Of a stretch of DNA of 64,000 nucleotides, positions 9,584-19,395 are shown in pieces. How positions within the stretch are numbered: the stretch's first letter is position 1; each line of letters starts with the position of its first letter. The DNA lies in the NCBI GenBank assembly GCA_024637095.1, contig JAGXFV010000006.1:34609-98608 (forward strand), given 5' to 3'. The DNA is from Actinomycetes bacterium. Lineage in GTDB: Bacteria > Actinomycetota > Thermoleophilia > RBG-16-64-13. Below the pieces are notes generated by a model, which had not been told where the DNA came from, ran no database searches, and was given only the letters and a program-made list of their open reading frames with translations. A program made the position numbers and the translations under genes.

Positions 9584-10455
9584 GCCAACCTCCTACGGAA
9601 GACAGGGACGAGCTCCAGCCGGCTGACTCTGCGACGGCACCCGGCGCCGAGAATGCCAACTCCGGGGCGGAATCTGACACCGAGAAGACGGGCTCCGCGA
9701 GCGGCTTCTACTCCATCAGGCTGGCCCACTACGGCAGTTGGCGCATGGTGGTGGGGCTCCTGCTGCTATCCGTGCTGCTGGCCAACCTGGCCGGCCTTGC
9801 CATCTCCTTCGCCGCGCTGGGCCTCGATGTCGATAGCAGCGAACTCCTGAGCAACCCGGCGACCGTGCTCCTCCTGCTGTCCTTGCAGGGGGCGATCTTC
9901 GTTTCGGTGGTTTACTACTTCGTGGTGCGCCGCCGGGTTACATCGTGGCGGGAAATGGGAGTGGCCGAGTACGGCCCCGGGAGCTCCATACTGCGTGGCC
10001 TCGGCTACGGGCTGCTCTTCCTCTTCGTGTCAGGCCTGGTGGGCGTCCTTCAGTCACTGCTGGGCATCGAGCAGACCGATCCCCTGCCCTTCGACATAGA
10101 CACGGAGAGCCTGTTCGGGCGGGCTGCCTTGCTCTTCGGAGGCGTGGTGCTCGCTCCCATCAGCGAGGAGATCTTCTTCCGGGGATACATCTTCCGGGCG
10201 ATGGCTGCCCGCAAAGGGCTGATCCTGGGGATCGTCTACAGCTCCGCCCTTTTTGGCGCCATTCACCTGATACGGGATTTTCCCAGCGAAACCGCCGACC
10301 TGCCCGGCTACTTCTCGGTCTTCCTGCCGATCGCCGCGGGCTCGACCCTGCTGGCAATCGCCTATCACCGCAGCCGCGACCTCTGGACCCCGATCGTGGC
10401 TCACGCGGTCAACAACGCCTTCGCCATCGGGGTTCTCTTCGCCGCGGGTTCCTAG
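9580..10455 (+). CDS. CPBP/Abi (type II CAAX) intramembrane protease
   Basis: EEIFFRG, FGAIH, HAVNN motifs, several TM segments; ATGA overlap with the HTH gene. Confidence 0.9.
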   Translation: MSQPPTEDRDELQPADSATAPGAENANSGAESDTEKTGSASGFYSIRLAHYGSWRMVVGLLLLSVLLANLAGLAISFAALGLDVDSSELLSNPATVLLLLSLQGAIFVSVVYYFVVRRRVTSWREMGVAEYGPGSSILRGLGYGLLFLFVSGLVGVLQSLLGIEQTDPLPFDIDTESLFGRAALLFGGVVLAPISEEIFFRGYIFRAMAARKGLILGIVYSSALFGAIHLIRDFPSETADLPGYFSVFLPIAAGSTLLAIAYHRSRDLWTPIVAHAVNNAFAIGVLFAAGS

Positions 10456-10467
10456 CGGGCAATACAG

Positions 10468-10845
10468 CTAGTCCCAGCCCATCTCCTCCAGTCGCTCGTC
10501 GGAGATACCGTAGAAGTGGGCAATCTCGTGAATCACGGTGCGCTGCACCTCTTCGCGGACCAGTTCCGGGTCCTCGTCGGCAGCCTGCTCGAGGGGGCGC
10601 TGGTAGATCACGATGCGATCGGGAAGCACTCCGGCATACCAGGAACCCCGATCTGTCAAGGGTATTCCGTGGTAGAGACCGAGCAGTTCCGCCGGATCGG
10701 CTCCCTCCATGCCTGCCTCCGCCAAGTCATCTTCGCTAGGCCACTCCTCGACCACCACCTCGACATTTTCTAAACGAACCAGGAACTCCTCAGGCAGGGA
10801 ATCGAGCGCCTCAGCCACCAGGTCTTGAAAGCGATCCGCATCCAT
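10468..10845 (-). CDS. Zincin_1-type small metallopeptidase family protein
   Basis: LLGLYHG, PDRIVIY, HEIAHFYG; ATG at 10845. Confidence 0.88.
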   Translation of the reverse strand: MDADRFQDLVAEALDSLPEEFLVRLENVEVVVEEWPSEDDLAEAGMEGADPAELLGLYHGIPLTDRGSWYAGVLPDRIVIYQRPLEQAADEDPELVREEVQRTVIHEIAHFYGISDERLEEMGWD

Positions 10846-10847
10846 AG

Positions 10848-11558
10848 CTAGCTGTCGCCGTCGGCCGAAGGCAGATCGCCCGCAGGCTGAAGTACTTCGG
10901 GATGGTCGCCCCAAAGTGGTTCGCCCCCATCCGGTACCAGCCCGGATTCCTGCAACAGCGCAGTGAGCGCCCTCACGGCCTCACCCCGATGGGAGATCGC
11001 ATCCTTTTCGCCCGGACCGCCTTCGGCGAGAGTGCACGTCCAACCGGTCGGCTGGAAGACTGGGTCATAACCGAAGCCACTCTCGCCCCGAGGCTCCAGA
11101 GTAATCGCACCTTCGAACGTCCCTCTGGCTTCGAGCAATCCCGTTCCGGCAAGTCGAGCAAGGTCGGGCGGAAGGACCAAGGCGAGCGCACAGACGAAGC
11201 GTCCACGGCGATCACTCCGGCCGGACAGTTGGGCGAGCAGCCGTAACACGTTCTCGCGATCGCCGGCGTCCTCGCCCGCGTAGCGAGCGGACATCACACC
11301 CGGCTTACCGCCCAGCGCGTCGACTTCGAGCCCGGAATCATCCGCCAACACAGCCACATGCCCTCCGACCGCTGCAAAGGCGCTGCCGGCCTTGAGCAGC
11401 GCATTTTCGGCGAAAGTGGATCCAGTTTCCGGCGGCAGAGTGACATGGGGAGGCAGCGGTACAACGGCGAAACCTGGATTCAGCAGGCGGCCAAACTCGC
11501 GCACCTTGCCGGCGTTCTTCGTCGCCAGATAGAGTCTGGGCAGGCGGGGCAGCGCCAT
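10848..11558 (-). CDS. rdgB: Non-canonical purine NTP pyrophosphatase (Ham1)
   Basis: ATKNAGK, DDSGL, SARYAG, GFGYDPVF, SHRG; follows rph. Confidence 0.95.
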   Translation of the reverse strand: MALPRLPRLYLATKNAGKVREFGRLLNPGFAVVPLPPHVTLPPETGSTFAENALLKAGSAFAAVGGHVAVLADDSGLEVDALGGKPGVMSARYAGEDAGDRENVLRLLAQLSGRSDRRGRFVCALALVLPPDLARLAGTGLLEARGTFEGAITLEPRGESGFGYDPVFQPTGWTCTLAEGGPGEKDAISHRGEAVRALTALLQESGLVPDGGEPLWGDHPEVLQPAGDLPSADGDS

Positions 11559-11561
11559 CGA

Positions 11562-12320
11562 CTAGCGGCCCAGGTAGCCCCGGGCGATGGTCTGCGCCTG
11601 CACGGAGCCGATCTCACGGATGCCTTCCGTGGCCAGATCGATCAGCAGGTCGAGTTCGCTGCGGTCGAAAAAACCCTCTTCCGCTGTGGCCTGCACCTCG
11701 ATCAGCCCGCCACTGCCGTTCATCACGACGTTCATGTCGACCCCGGCCGCGCTGTCTTCGATGTAATCGAGGTCGAGACGGGGTTCGCCCTCGACCAGGC
11801 CGACGCTGACCGCCGCGACCGAGTCCGATAGCGGCATCTGACGCAGGGTTCCGGCTTCCACGGCTTTGTGGAGCGCGGCGTGGAGTGCCAGGTAGGCTCC
11901 CGATATTGAGGCGCAGCGCGTACCTCCGTCGGCCTCGATCACGTCGCAGTCGACGTAGATGGTGCGCTCGCCGATGCCCTTCAGATTGATTATGCTGCGA
12001 AGGCTGCGCCCGATGAGCCTTTGGATCTCGAGAGTGCGGCCGCCCTGCCGGCCCCGGGAGGCTTCCCGGGCGGTGCGGTCCGAAGTCGAGGCGGGCAGCA
12101 ACGAGTACTCTGCCGTCAGCCAGCCCTCGCCGCTTCCCCTGCGCCAATTGGGAACCCCGTTGGTCACGGTTGCCGTGCAAATGACACGGGTCTTGCCGGA
12201 CTCGAACAAAACAGAACCGTCGGCCGATGAGATGAAGTTCGGGGTCACCTGCATCTCACGCATTTGGTCCGGCAGTCGGCCGCTGGGGCGCTCCTTGGCT
12301 TTCGGCTTAGCGGTGTCCAT
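11562..12320 (-). CDS. rph: Ribonuclease PH
   Basis: GWLTAEYSLLP, GRTLEIQRLIGRSLR, ADGGTRCASI. Confidence 0.97.
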   Translation of the reverse strand: MDTAKPKAKERPSGRLPDQMREMQVTPNFISSADGSVLFESGKTRVICTATVTNGVPNWRRGSGEGWLTAEYSLLPASTSDRTAREASRGRQGGRTLEIQRLIGRSLRSIINLKGIGERTIYVDCDVIEADGGTRCASISGAYLALHAALHKAVEAGTLRQMPLSDSVAAVSVGLVEGEPRLDLDYIEDSAAGVDMNVVMNGSGGLIEVQATAEEGFFDRSELDLLIDLATEGIREIGSVQAQTIARGYLGR

Positions 12321-13235
12321 CTATCTCGTCGCCTCCTCGCGCTCCCGGTGCGCCGGTTGATTCCGCTGCGCCGGGTCGGACCCTTCGCCCGACCAGAAAG
12401 CGACCTCACGGATGGGTAACTGGAGAAACCTACGGCCGACCGAGCGGAATTGCTCGGGATCGCCGGTGGATACAAAGCTGTAGCGTCCTTCTTCCGGGGA
12501 GCGGTTGGCGAGGCCTTTGCGCTCGAGGATCTCCCCCACTTCCCGCGCTATCTCCTGCGCCGAGTTGATCAGGGCCACTCCCGGGCCCAACAACCGGCGA
12601 AGCATGGGTGTCAGCAGCGGATAGTGTGTGCAACCCAGAATTACCGTGTCCACCCCCGCAGCCCTGAGCGGCGCAACGTACTCCCTTACGGCCGACTCGA
12701 CCTCCTCGGAGAAGACGTCACCCTCCTGAATCAAGGGGGCGAGGCGGGGACAGGCAACGGGAAACACTTCGAGCCCCGCGTCGAGCGCGGCCAGCGCGCG
12801 TTGGTAGCCGCCGGAATTTACCGTGGCCTCAGTTGCCATCAGTCCGACCCGCCGGTTGCGCGTCTCCTGCATGGCGGCACGCGCCCCGGGCATGACCACG
12901 CCAACGATCGGAGTCGTGAAGGCGGCCTGTAGTTGAGGCAAGGCGGCCGCGGCCGCCGAGTTGCAGGCCACGATGATCAGCTTTACCCCCCGCTCCACCA
13001 GAAAGCCGGCATTCCGAAAAGCCAGGGCCTGCACCTGCTCCTGCGTCTTGGGCCCGTAGGGGAACGATCCCGTGTCTCCCAGATAGATGAAGTCCTCGTG
13101 CGGAAGGCTAACGAGGCACTCGTGCAGAACCGTCAGTCCGCCGACGCCGGAGTCGAAGAGCCCGATTGGGCTCTCCCGTGCTTCAGGCGTGGCCGCATCC
13201 GCAGCCCGGTTTGCACCAAGTGTCACTTCGTCCAT
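12321..13235 (-). CDS. murI: Glutamate racemase
   Basis: DSGVGGLTV, PYGPK, ACNSA, LGCTHYP; true start ATG 13235 (the ORF-track extension is antisense to hypF). Confidence 0.95.
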   Translation of the reverse strand: MDEVTLGANRAADAATPEARESPIGLFDSGVGGLTVLHECLVSLPHEDFIYLGDTGSFPYGPKTQEQVQALAFRNAGFLVERGVKLIIVACNSAAAAALPQLQAAFTTPIVGVVMPGARAAMQETRNRRVGLMATEATVNSGGYQRALAALDAGLEVFPVACPRLAPLIQEGDVFSEEVESAVREYVAPLRAAGVDTVILGCTHYPLLTPMLRRLLGPGVALINSAQEIAREVGEILERKGLANRSPEEGRYSFVSTGDPEQFRSVGRRFLQLPIREVAFWSGEGSDPAQRNQPAHREREEATR

Positions 13236-13319
13236 GGCGAAGCATTCTAACACCCGCAGGGGCCGCTTCTCCCGGACCAAGGCGGTTTGGCAGACAGCCT
13301 TCGTGCTAGTGTCTGCCGC

Positions 13320-15854
13320 ATGAGCCCGGAGCCAGGCAAGAGCCGGAAACCGGATGTCGCTCGCGGCGATACCCATGTCGCTCGCGGCGGTCTTCTGATC
13401 CGCGTGCGTGGGAGGGTGCAAGGCGTGGGCTTTCGCCCCTTCGTCAAGCGATTGGCGGACACCGAGGGTCTGGCCGGCCGGGTGTGGAACCATCCCGGGG
13501 GCGTCGAGATCGAGGTGGAAGGACCCCCCCAAGGTCTGCAGACCTTCCTCGCCAGGTTGAGCGCCGAACCACCTCCGCTCGCCCAGATCGAATCTCTGGA
13601 AAGCGAGAGCGTGCCGGCACGAGGTTTGAGCGGCTTTGCCTTCGCCCCCAGTGAATCCGGCCCCTCGGCGACGCTCCCCCCACCCGATGCCGCCATGTGT
13701 GGCGCCTGCCGCAATGAGATCTCCGACCCCCAGGACCACCGTCACCTCTACCCCTTTACCACCTGCGTCGACTGCGGGCCCCGCTACACGATTCTGCGCT
13801 CGCTTCCCTACGATCGTCCCCACACCACAATGGCGGATTTCGAGATGTGTGCCCGGTGTTCGGCCGAGTATGAGGATCCGGCGGGGCGCAGGCTTCACGC
13901 CCAGACCAACGCCTGCCCGGTCTGCGGTCCGCGGCTCATCTGGCTGTCCCCGGCAGAGGCCGACTCGTTTCTGGAGGAGCTCAGCGACCCCACCCGCACG
14001 CCCACTCCCGCAGGCCTTCCCGGCGGATCCCCTCCCGGCCGGGTCACGGGCGAGGCGTCGCTTCAGCGGGCGATTCAAGCTCTGCGCCGAGACCAGATCC
14101 TGGCCATCAAGGGGATCGGGGGTTTTCACCTTGCCTGCGACGCCACCTCGGGGACCGCGGTGGCCATGCTGCGTGGGCGAAAGGGCCGCGACGGCAAACC
14201 CCTCGCCCTCATGGCGCGGTCGGTGGAGGAGGTGAGGCGTTACGCCGTCGTTTCTCCCTTCGAAGAGAGGTTGCTCGAATCGTCCGCGCGCCCCATCGTC
14301 CTGCTGGCGCGGCGGGAGGGGATTGACCCTTCGAAATTGGCGGCGGGCGTCGCCCCGGGATCACCGGACCTGGGCTTCTTTCTGCCCTACTCCCCCCTCC
14401 ATCATCTGCTGATGGAGGGGTTGGACACACCCATGGTGCTCACCTCGGGCAACCTCAGCGACGAACCCATCGCTTACCAGGATCGGGATGCCGTCCGCCG
14501 CCTGCGGCCGGTCGCAGACGGGTTCCTGCTCCACGACCGCCCGATCGAGCATCCCGCCGACGACTCGGTCTTCCGGGCGTTTCGCGAGAGGCCCTATCCC
14601 GTCCGCCGAAGTCGGGGGTATGTGCCCAACCCGGTCCCCTTCCGGGGCGCGGACCTGCCCCTTCTCGCCGTGGGCGCCCACCAGAAGAACACCTTCTGCC
14701 TGACCCGGGAGGCCCGGGCCTTCCTCAGCGTCCACCACGGCGATCTCGACCACCCCGAGGCCTTTCAGGCGTTCGAACGCTCGATCGAAGGGCTCACGCG
14801 GCTGCTGGGGATCAATCCACAGTTGATCGTCCACGACCTCCACCCCGATTACGGTTCCACGCGTCTGGCGGTGGAACTGGGGGAGCGTCTCGGCGTGCCC
14901 TTGGTCGGCGTTCAGCATCATCAGGCGCATGTGGCGTCGGTCCTGGCCGAGACCGGGCATGCCTCCAAGGTGGTGGGCATCGCCTATGACGGCACCGGCT
15001 ACGGCACGGACGGCACCATCTGGGGAGGTGAAGTGTTCGTCGGCGAGGCCGCGGAGCTGACCCGGTGTGCGCACTGGGAACAGTTCCCGCTTCCGGGAGG
15101 AGACCTGGCTGGGAGGCAACTGTGGCGTTCGGCCCTGGGGCTCCTCCTCACCGTGGCAGGCAATTTGGGAGAGGATGACGACTGGATCGCGGCGCGGCTC
15201 GCCGGGCTGCCGGCCGCCACTGCATGGGAGGCACACCCCTGGCGGTCGCTGGCCCCCGCAGCCCGGCGCGGTTTCGCTTCACCCATGACCTCGTCGGTGG
15301 GGCGCATGTTCGATGGTGTCGCCGCCATTATCGGGATCCGTCACCAAGCCTCATTCGAAGCGGAGGGCGCCATCCTGTTGGAAGGGCTCGCCCGGGCCCA
15401 CTTCCGCGATGGCCTGCCCTCCCCGACGGCTCCCCCTCCCTGGCCCGGGCAGAATAGCGCGGGAGTCCCCGAGCCGGCTTCCCAGACGATGCCCGAGCCG
15501 GCTCCCCGGACGGCGCCCGAGCCGCTCGGGCTGCGAGCTCTCCCCCTGCGCCCCCTGGTGACGGGTCTGCTCGAGGATCTGAGCTCGGGGCTGAGTCCGG
15601 CCGCGGTGGCCGGCCGCTTTCATCATCAAATCGCCTGGACCACGGCGGATGTCGCCGGCTCACTGGCCGAACAGGCGGGGGCCGACACCGTCGCGCTCGG
15701 GGGAGGCGTCTTTCAGAACCTGGTATTGCTCGAAATGACGGTGCGCTTCCTGGAGGCCAAAGGGCTGCGCGCGTTGATCCACCGGGAGGTCCCCACGAAC
15801 GACGGCGGTCTCTCGCTGGGGCAGGCGGAAATCGCCGCCGCCCGGCTGGCGTGA
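13320..15854 (+). CDS. hypF: Carbamoyltransferase HypF
   Basis: GRVQGVGFRP acylphosphatase domain, CxxC zinc fingers, KGIGGFHL, TSGN, QHHQAH, DGTGYG, NDGGLSLGQ. Confidence 0.96.
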   Translation: MSPEPGKSRKPDVARGDTHVARGGLLIRVRGRVQGVGFRPFVKRLADTEGLAGRVWNHPGGVEIEVEGPPQGLQTFLARLSAEPPPLAQIESLESESVPARGLSGFAFAPSESGPSATLPPPDAAMCGACRNEISDPQDHRHLYPFTTCVDCGPRYTILRSLPYDRPHTTMADFEMCARCSAEYEDPAGRRLHAQTNACPVCGPRLIWLSPAEADSFLEELSDPTRTPTPAGLPGGSPPGRVTGEASLQRAIQALRRDQILAIKGIGGFHLACDATSGTAVAMLRGRKGRDGKPLALMARSVEEVRRYAVVSPFEERLLESSARPIVLLARREGIDPSKLAAGVAPGSPDLGFFLPYSPLHHLLMEGLDTPMVLTSGNLSDEPIAYQDRDAVRRLRPVADGFLLHDRPIEHPADDSVFRAFRERPYPVRRSRGYVPNPVPFRGADLPLLAVGAHQKNTFCLTREARAFLSVHHGDLDHPEAFQAFERSIEGLTRLLGINPQLIVHDLHPDYGSTRLAVELGERLGVPLVGVQHHQAHVASVLAETGHASKVVGIAYDGTGYGTDGTIWGGEVFVGEAAELTRCAHWEQFPLPGGDLAGRQLWRSALGLLLTVAGNLGEDDDWIAARLAGLPAATAWEAHPWRSLAPAARRGFASPMTSSVGRMFDGVAAIIGIRHQASFEAEGAILLEGLARAHFRDGLPSPTAPPPWPGQNSAGVPEPASQTMPEPAPRTAPEPLGLRALPLRPLVTGLLEDLSSGLSPAAVAGRFHHQIAWTTADVAGSLAEQAGADTVALGGGVFQNLVLLEMTVRFLEAKGLRALIHREVPTNDGGLSLGQAEIAAARLA

Positions 15855-15863
15855 AGGGCCGCG

Positions 15864-15869
15864 TATAAT
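15864..15869 (+). promoter_or_regulatory. Perfect TATAAT -10 box upstream of hypD (possible internal promoter)
   Basis: TATAAT in the 63-bp hypF-hypD gap; SD GGAGG follows. Confidence 0.45.
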
Positions 15870-15917
15870 GCCTCCCAGTCCAGACGACGTGACTCCGGGC
15901 ACGGGGGGAGGCCGCGC

Positions 15918-17078
15918 ATGCGCTACGTAGACGAGTATCGTGAGCCCCGGTTGGTCCGTGAACTGATGGACGAACTCAGCGGCCTGCGGGTCCCCCGGCC
16001 CCTGACCATCATGGAGGTCTGCGGCAGCCACACCATGGCACTCTCGCGATTCGGGCTGCGCAAAGTCCTGCCGCCTGAAGTGCGCTTGGTATCCGGCCCG
16101 GGCTGCCCGGTGTGCGTGACCCCGTCGGGATATCTCGACCAAGCGATCGCGCTGGCCAGGCGACCCGAGGTCATCTTGGCTTCGTTCGGCGACCTGCTCC
16201 GCGTTCGCGGCTCCAGACAAAGCTTGGAGGAGGCCCGCGCCGAGGGTGGCGACGTGCGCGTGGTCTACTCCGTGCTCGACGCCCTGGAGTTGGCGCGCAC
16301 AAACCCAGAGCGGGCGGTGGTCTTCCTCGCCATCGGCTTCGAGACCACCGCACCCACCGACGCCGCGGCAGTCGCCCAGGCCGAAGACGAAGGCATCGCC
16401 AACTTCTACCTCCTCACCGAGCTCAAGGTAATGCCTCCGCCCATGCGGGCGCTTCTCGAGGCACCGGACGTCCGGGTGGACGGTTTCCTGCTACCGGGCC
16501 ACGTCAGCGCGATCGTCGGCTGGGGAGCCTTTCGCTTCCTGCCCGAGGAGTACGGGGCGGCCTGCGCGGTCGCGGGCTTTGAACCCCTGGACCTGCTGCG
16601 CGCCTTGGCCGCCGTGATCGTCCAACTGACTGAGGGGCGCCCTTCCATCGCCAACACCTACGGAAGGGTGGTCACCGAGGAGGGCAATCTCGCAGCTCAA
16701 GGACTGCTGCGGAAGCACTTCCGCCCGGTGAGCTCCCACTGGCGTGGCATTGGGGAACTCCCCGCGAGCGGCCTTGGCCTCCAGCCCGGCCTGACCCACC
16801 GGGACGCCCGCGTGGCCTTCTCCCTCAAACCGGTTCAAGGCAGGGAGAACCCGGCCTGCCGCTGCGGTGAGGTCCTGCGCGGAGCGATCACTCCCCCCGA
16901 GTGCCCCTTGTTCTCGGGGCGCTGCACTCCCGCTTCGCCCCAGGGAGCCTGCATGGTGTCTTCCGAGGGGACCTGCGCGGCCTACTTCCGCTATGAGCGA
17001 CTCGCCGGCAGCGCGCCTCTGAGCGACCGTGGGACCCCGGCCGGGGCCAATCCCAAGGCAGAAGAGGTCGCGCCATGA
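15918..17078 (+). CDS. hypD: Hydrogenase maturation protein HypD
   Basis: MEVCGSHT, GPGCPVC, GFETT, PGHVS, C-terminal Fe-S cysteines. Confidence 0.97.
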   Translation: MRYVDEYREPRLVRELMDELSGLRVPRPLTIMEVCGSHTMALSRFGLRKVLPPEVRLVSGPGCPVCVTPSGYLDQAIALARRPEVILASFGDLLRVRGSRQSLEEARAEGGDVRVVYSVLDALELARTNPERAVVFLAIGFETTAPTDAAAVAQAEDEGIANFYLLTELKVMPPPMRALLEAPDVRVDGFLLPGHVSAIVGWGAFRFLPEEYGAACAVAGFEPLDLLRALAAVIVQLTEGRPSIANTYGRVVTEEGNLAAQGLLRKHFRPVSSHWRGIGELPASGLGLQPGLTHRDARVAFSLKPVQGRENPACRCGEVLRGAITPPECPLFSGRCTPASPQGACMVSSEGTCAAYFRYERLAGSAPLSDRGTPAGANPKAEEVAP

Positions 17079-18076
17079 GCGAGCGGGTGCTTCTGGCTCA
17101 CGGCGGCGGGGGCGGACTCGCCCGGCAGCTGATCCTCAACGAGGTGCTTCCCGCGCTCACGAACCCGGCGCTCGCTCCCCTCGCCGATGCCGCGGTGGTC
17201 GAGGGCGCGCCCCGCCTGGCCTTCACCACCGATGCCTACGTGGTCACGCCCGCCTTCTTTCCCGGCGGCGACATCGGCCGGTTGGCAGTGTGCGGCACGG
17301 TCAACGATCTGGCTGTCTCCGGCGCGCGGCCGCTTTACCTGAGTTTAGCCGCCATCCTGGAAGAAGGCTTCCCCCTGAGGGACCTGCGGCTCATCCTCGC
17401 TTCGGTCAAGCAGGCAGCGCTGGAGGCGGGGGTGGTCGTGGTCACCGGCGATACCAAGGTGGTGGAGCGGGGTGCCGCCGACGGAGTCTTCCTGACCTCA
17501 GCAGGCGTGGGCAGCGTGGGCCGCCTCCCTCCGGGCTGGGGTGCGCCCGAGCCGGGAGACGCCCTCCTGGTCAACGGAAACCTGGGCGATCACGGCTTCA
17601 CCATTCTTGCCGCCCGCGAGGGGCTCACCTTCGAGCACCCCTTGAAGAGCGACGCCGCTCCGCTCAACGGTCTGGTCTTCGCCTTGCTGGACGCGGAGGT
17701 ACGCGTTCGGCTGATGCGCGACCTCACTCGGGGGGGCCTTGGGGCTGCGCTCAACGAGTGGGTTTCCGGCCGCCCCTGGGGGTTCGATGTGCAGGAATCC
17801 CAGCTTCCCTTCTCCCCGGGAGTGCGTTCCCTGGCCGAATTGCTCGGGCTCGACCCGGTCTTCTCCGCCAACGAAGGTAAACTCCTGGCCGTCGTCCACA
17901 CTGATGACGCCACCCGGGCGCTCGAGCTGATGCATGACCACCCCTTGGGACGGGAGGCGGCCGTGATCGGGCGGGTGACGGAGGCCAACCCCGGCCTGGT
18001 GGTGACCGAGACCGCCTTCGGCTCCCGGCGCATCCTCGACCAACCCGCCGGCGACCCCCTCCCCCGGATCTGCTGA
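17075..18076 (+). CDS. hypE: Hydrogenase maturation protein HypE
   Basis: HGGGG, GTVNDLA, GDTKVV, RDLTRGG, C-terminal PRIC. Confidence 0.97.
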   Translation: MSERVLLAHGGGGGLARQLILNEVLPALTNPALAPLADAAVVEGAPRLAFTTDAYVVTPAFFPGGDIGRLAVCGTVNDLAVSGARPLYLSLAAILEEGFPLRDLRLILASVKQAALEAGVVVVTGDTKVVERGAADGVFLTSAGVGSVGRLPPGWGAPEPGDALLVNGNLGDHGFTILAAREGLTFEHPLKSDAAPLNGLVFALLDAEVRVRLMRDLTRGGLGAALNEWVSGRPWGFDVQESQLPFSPGVRSLAELLGLDPVFSANEGKLLAVVHTDDATRALELMHDHPLGREAAVIGRVTEANPGLVVTETAFGSRRILDQPAGDPLPRIC

Positions 18077-18083
18077 GCGCCTC

Positions 18084-18449
18084 GTGCACGAGATGTCACT
18101 GGCGATGGGACTCCTGCGGGAGATTGAGCGTCAGCTCAAGCCCTATGGGCCGGAAGCGCGGGCCACGCGCGTCTTCCTCGAAGTCGGAGGCCTGCGGGCG
18201 GTGTTCCCCGAAGCCATGCAGCTCTGCTTCAGGGCGGCTTCTCAAGGAACTGTGGCCGAAGGAGCCGAGCTGGTGATCGATGAGATCGTGCCGCGGGGAC
18301 GATGCGTGGGCTGCGGCCGCGAGCGGGAGATCGACCACACGTATTTTCTCTGTCCCGACTGCGATCTACCGGTGAAACTTCTTGCCGGCGAGGAGCTCTT
18401 ATTGCGCTCGATCGAAATCGAGGAGCCCGACCCAAAAGGCGACAAATGA
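18084..18449 (+). CDS. hypA: Hydrogenase nickel chaperone HypA
   Basis: MHEMS start, CVGC and CPDC, GEEL. Confidence 0.95.
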   Translation: MHEMSLAMGLLREIERQLKPYGPEARATRVFLEVGGLRAVFPEAMQLCFRAASQGTVAEGAELVIDEIVPRGRCVGCGREREIDHTYFLCPDCDLPVKLLAGEELLLRSIEIEEPDPKGDK

Positions 18450-19318
18450 AATTCGACCGCGAAGAGGCGGCCCGTTTTCATCGGGGACACGGAAAGCCGC
18501 CGGGCCACGAGCACCCCGAGCACCAAGAGCCGGTCCAGGAGGCGCGTCACGCCGAACTGCGCACCACAGCCGCAGGCGCAGCGGGCGCCACCGACACCGA
18601 CACCGCGGACGATGCCGGAGCTCAAGGCCCGCGCAAAGCCGCCCGCACGGAGATCGAAGTCAGGTTCGACCTGCTGGACGAAAACCGCCGCGACGCCGCC
18701 TCCCTTCGCGAGCGACTGCGCGAACAGGGCGTTTTCGCCATCAACTTGATGAGCTCTCCCGGCGCGGGTAAGACGGCGCTCCTCGAAGCCACCCTGCCCC
18801 GCCTGGGCGCCATCCGCGTGGCCGTGCTCGAGGGTGATATCGAGACCTCAGCCGACGCCGAGCGGCTCGCCCCCTTCGGTGTACCCGTGGTGCAGATCAA
18901 TACGGGACCGTTCGGGGGCGATTGCCATCTCCCCGCCCCGCTGGTGGCGGATGCGATGGAGAAGCTGCCGCTCTCCAAACTCGATCTGGTCTTCATCGAG
19001 AACGTGGGCAACCTGGTCTGTCCCGCGGAGTTCGACCTGGGCGAAGCCCGCAAGGTGGTGCTGCTCTCGGTGACAGAGGGCGAGGACAAGCCATTGAAAT
19101 ACCCCCTGATCTTCCGGGAGTCTTCCCTGGCGTTGATCACCAAGATCGACCTTCTGCCCCACCTCGACTTCGATCTGCCTCGGCTCGAGGAGAACCTTAG
19201 GCGGGTCAACCCCGAATTGAGGGTCGTGCAGCTCTCGGCTCGCTCAGGCGACGGCCTCGAGGACTGGTTGAAGTGGCTCTCTGATGAGCTCGGGGAAGCG
19301 CTTCGCGCGTCTGATTAG
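18446..19318 (+). CDS. hypB: Hydrogenase nickel GTPase HypB
   Basis: His-rich N-terminus, SSPGAGKT, CH, ENVGNLVCPAEFDLGE, KPLKYP; ATG 18446 overlaps the hypA stop. Confidence 0.96.
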   Translation: MKFDREEAARFHRGHGKPPGHEHPEHQEPVQEARHAELRTTAAGAAGATDTDTADDAGAQGPRKAARTEIEVRFDLLDENRRDAASLRERLREQGVFAINLMSSPGAGKTALLEATLPRLGAIRVAVLEGDIETSADAERLAPFGVPVVQINTGPFGGDCHLPAPLVADAMEKLPLSKLDLVFIENVGNLVCPAEFDLGEARKVVLLSVTEGEDKPLKYPLIFRESSLALITKIDLLPHLDFDLPRLEENLRRVNPELRVVQLSARSGDGLEDWLKWLSDELGEALRASD

Positions 19319-19395
19319 GTACCGCTTCGCCGTGGTCACTGCACGATCGGTTTGCCGTCGTCGTCGGTGGGCGGCCGGCCGGTTTCTGGACCCAG

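Noticed and set aside
12321..14129. Apparent 602-aa MurI, and likewise extended SodB, GpmI, M42 and OtsB ORFs, as domain fusions
   Set aside because: The extensions overlap neighbouring genes or promoters; shorter starts fit family length and mostly have SD or -10 support
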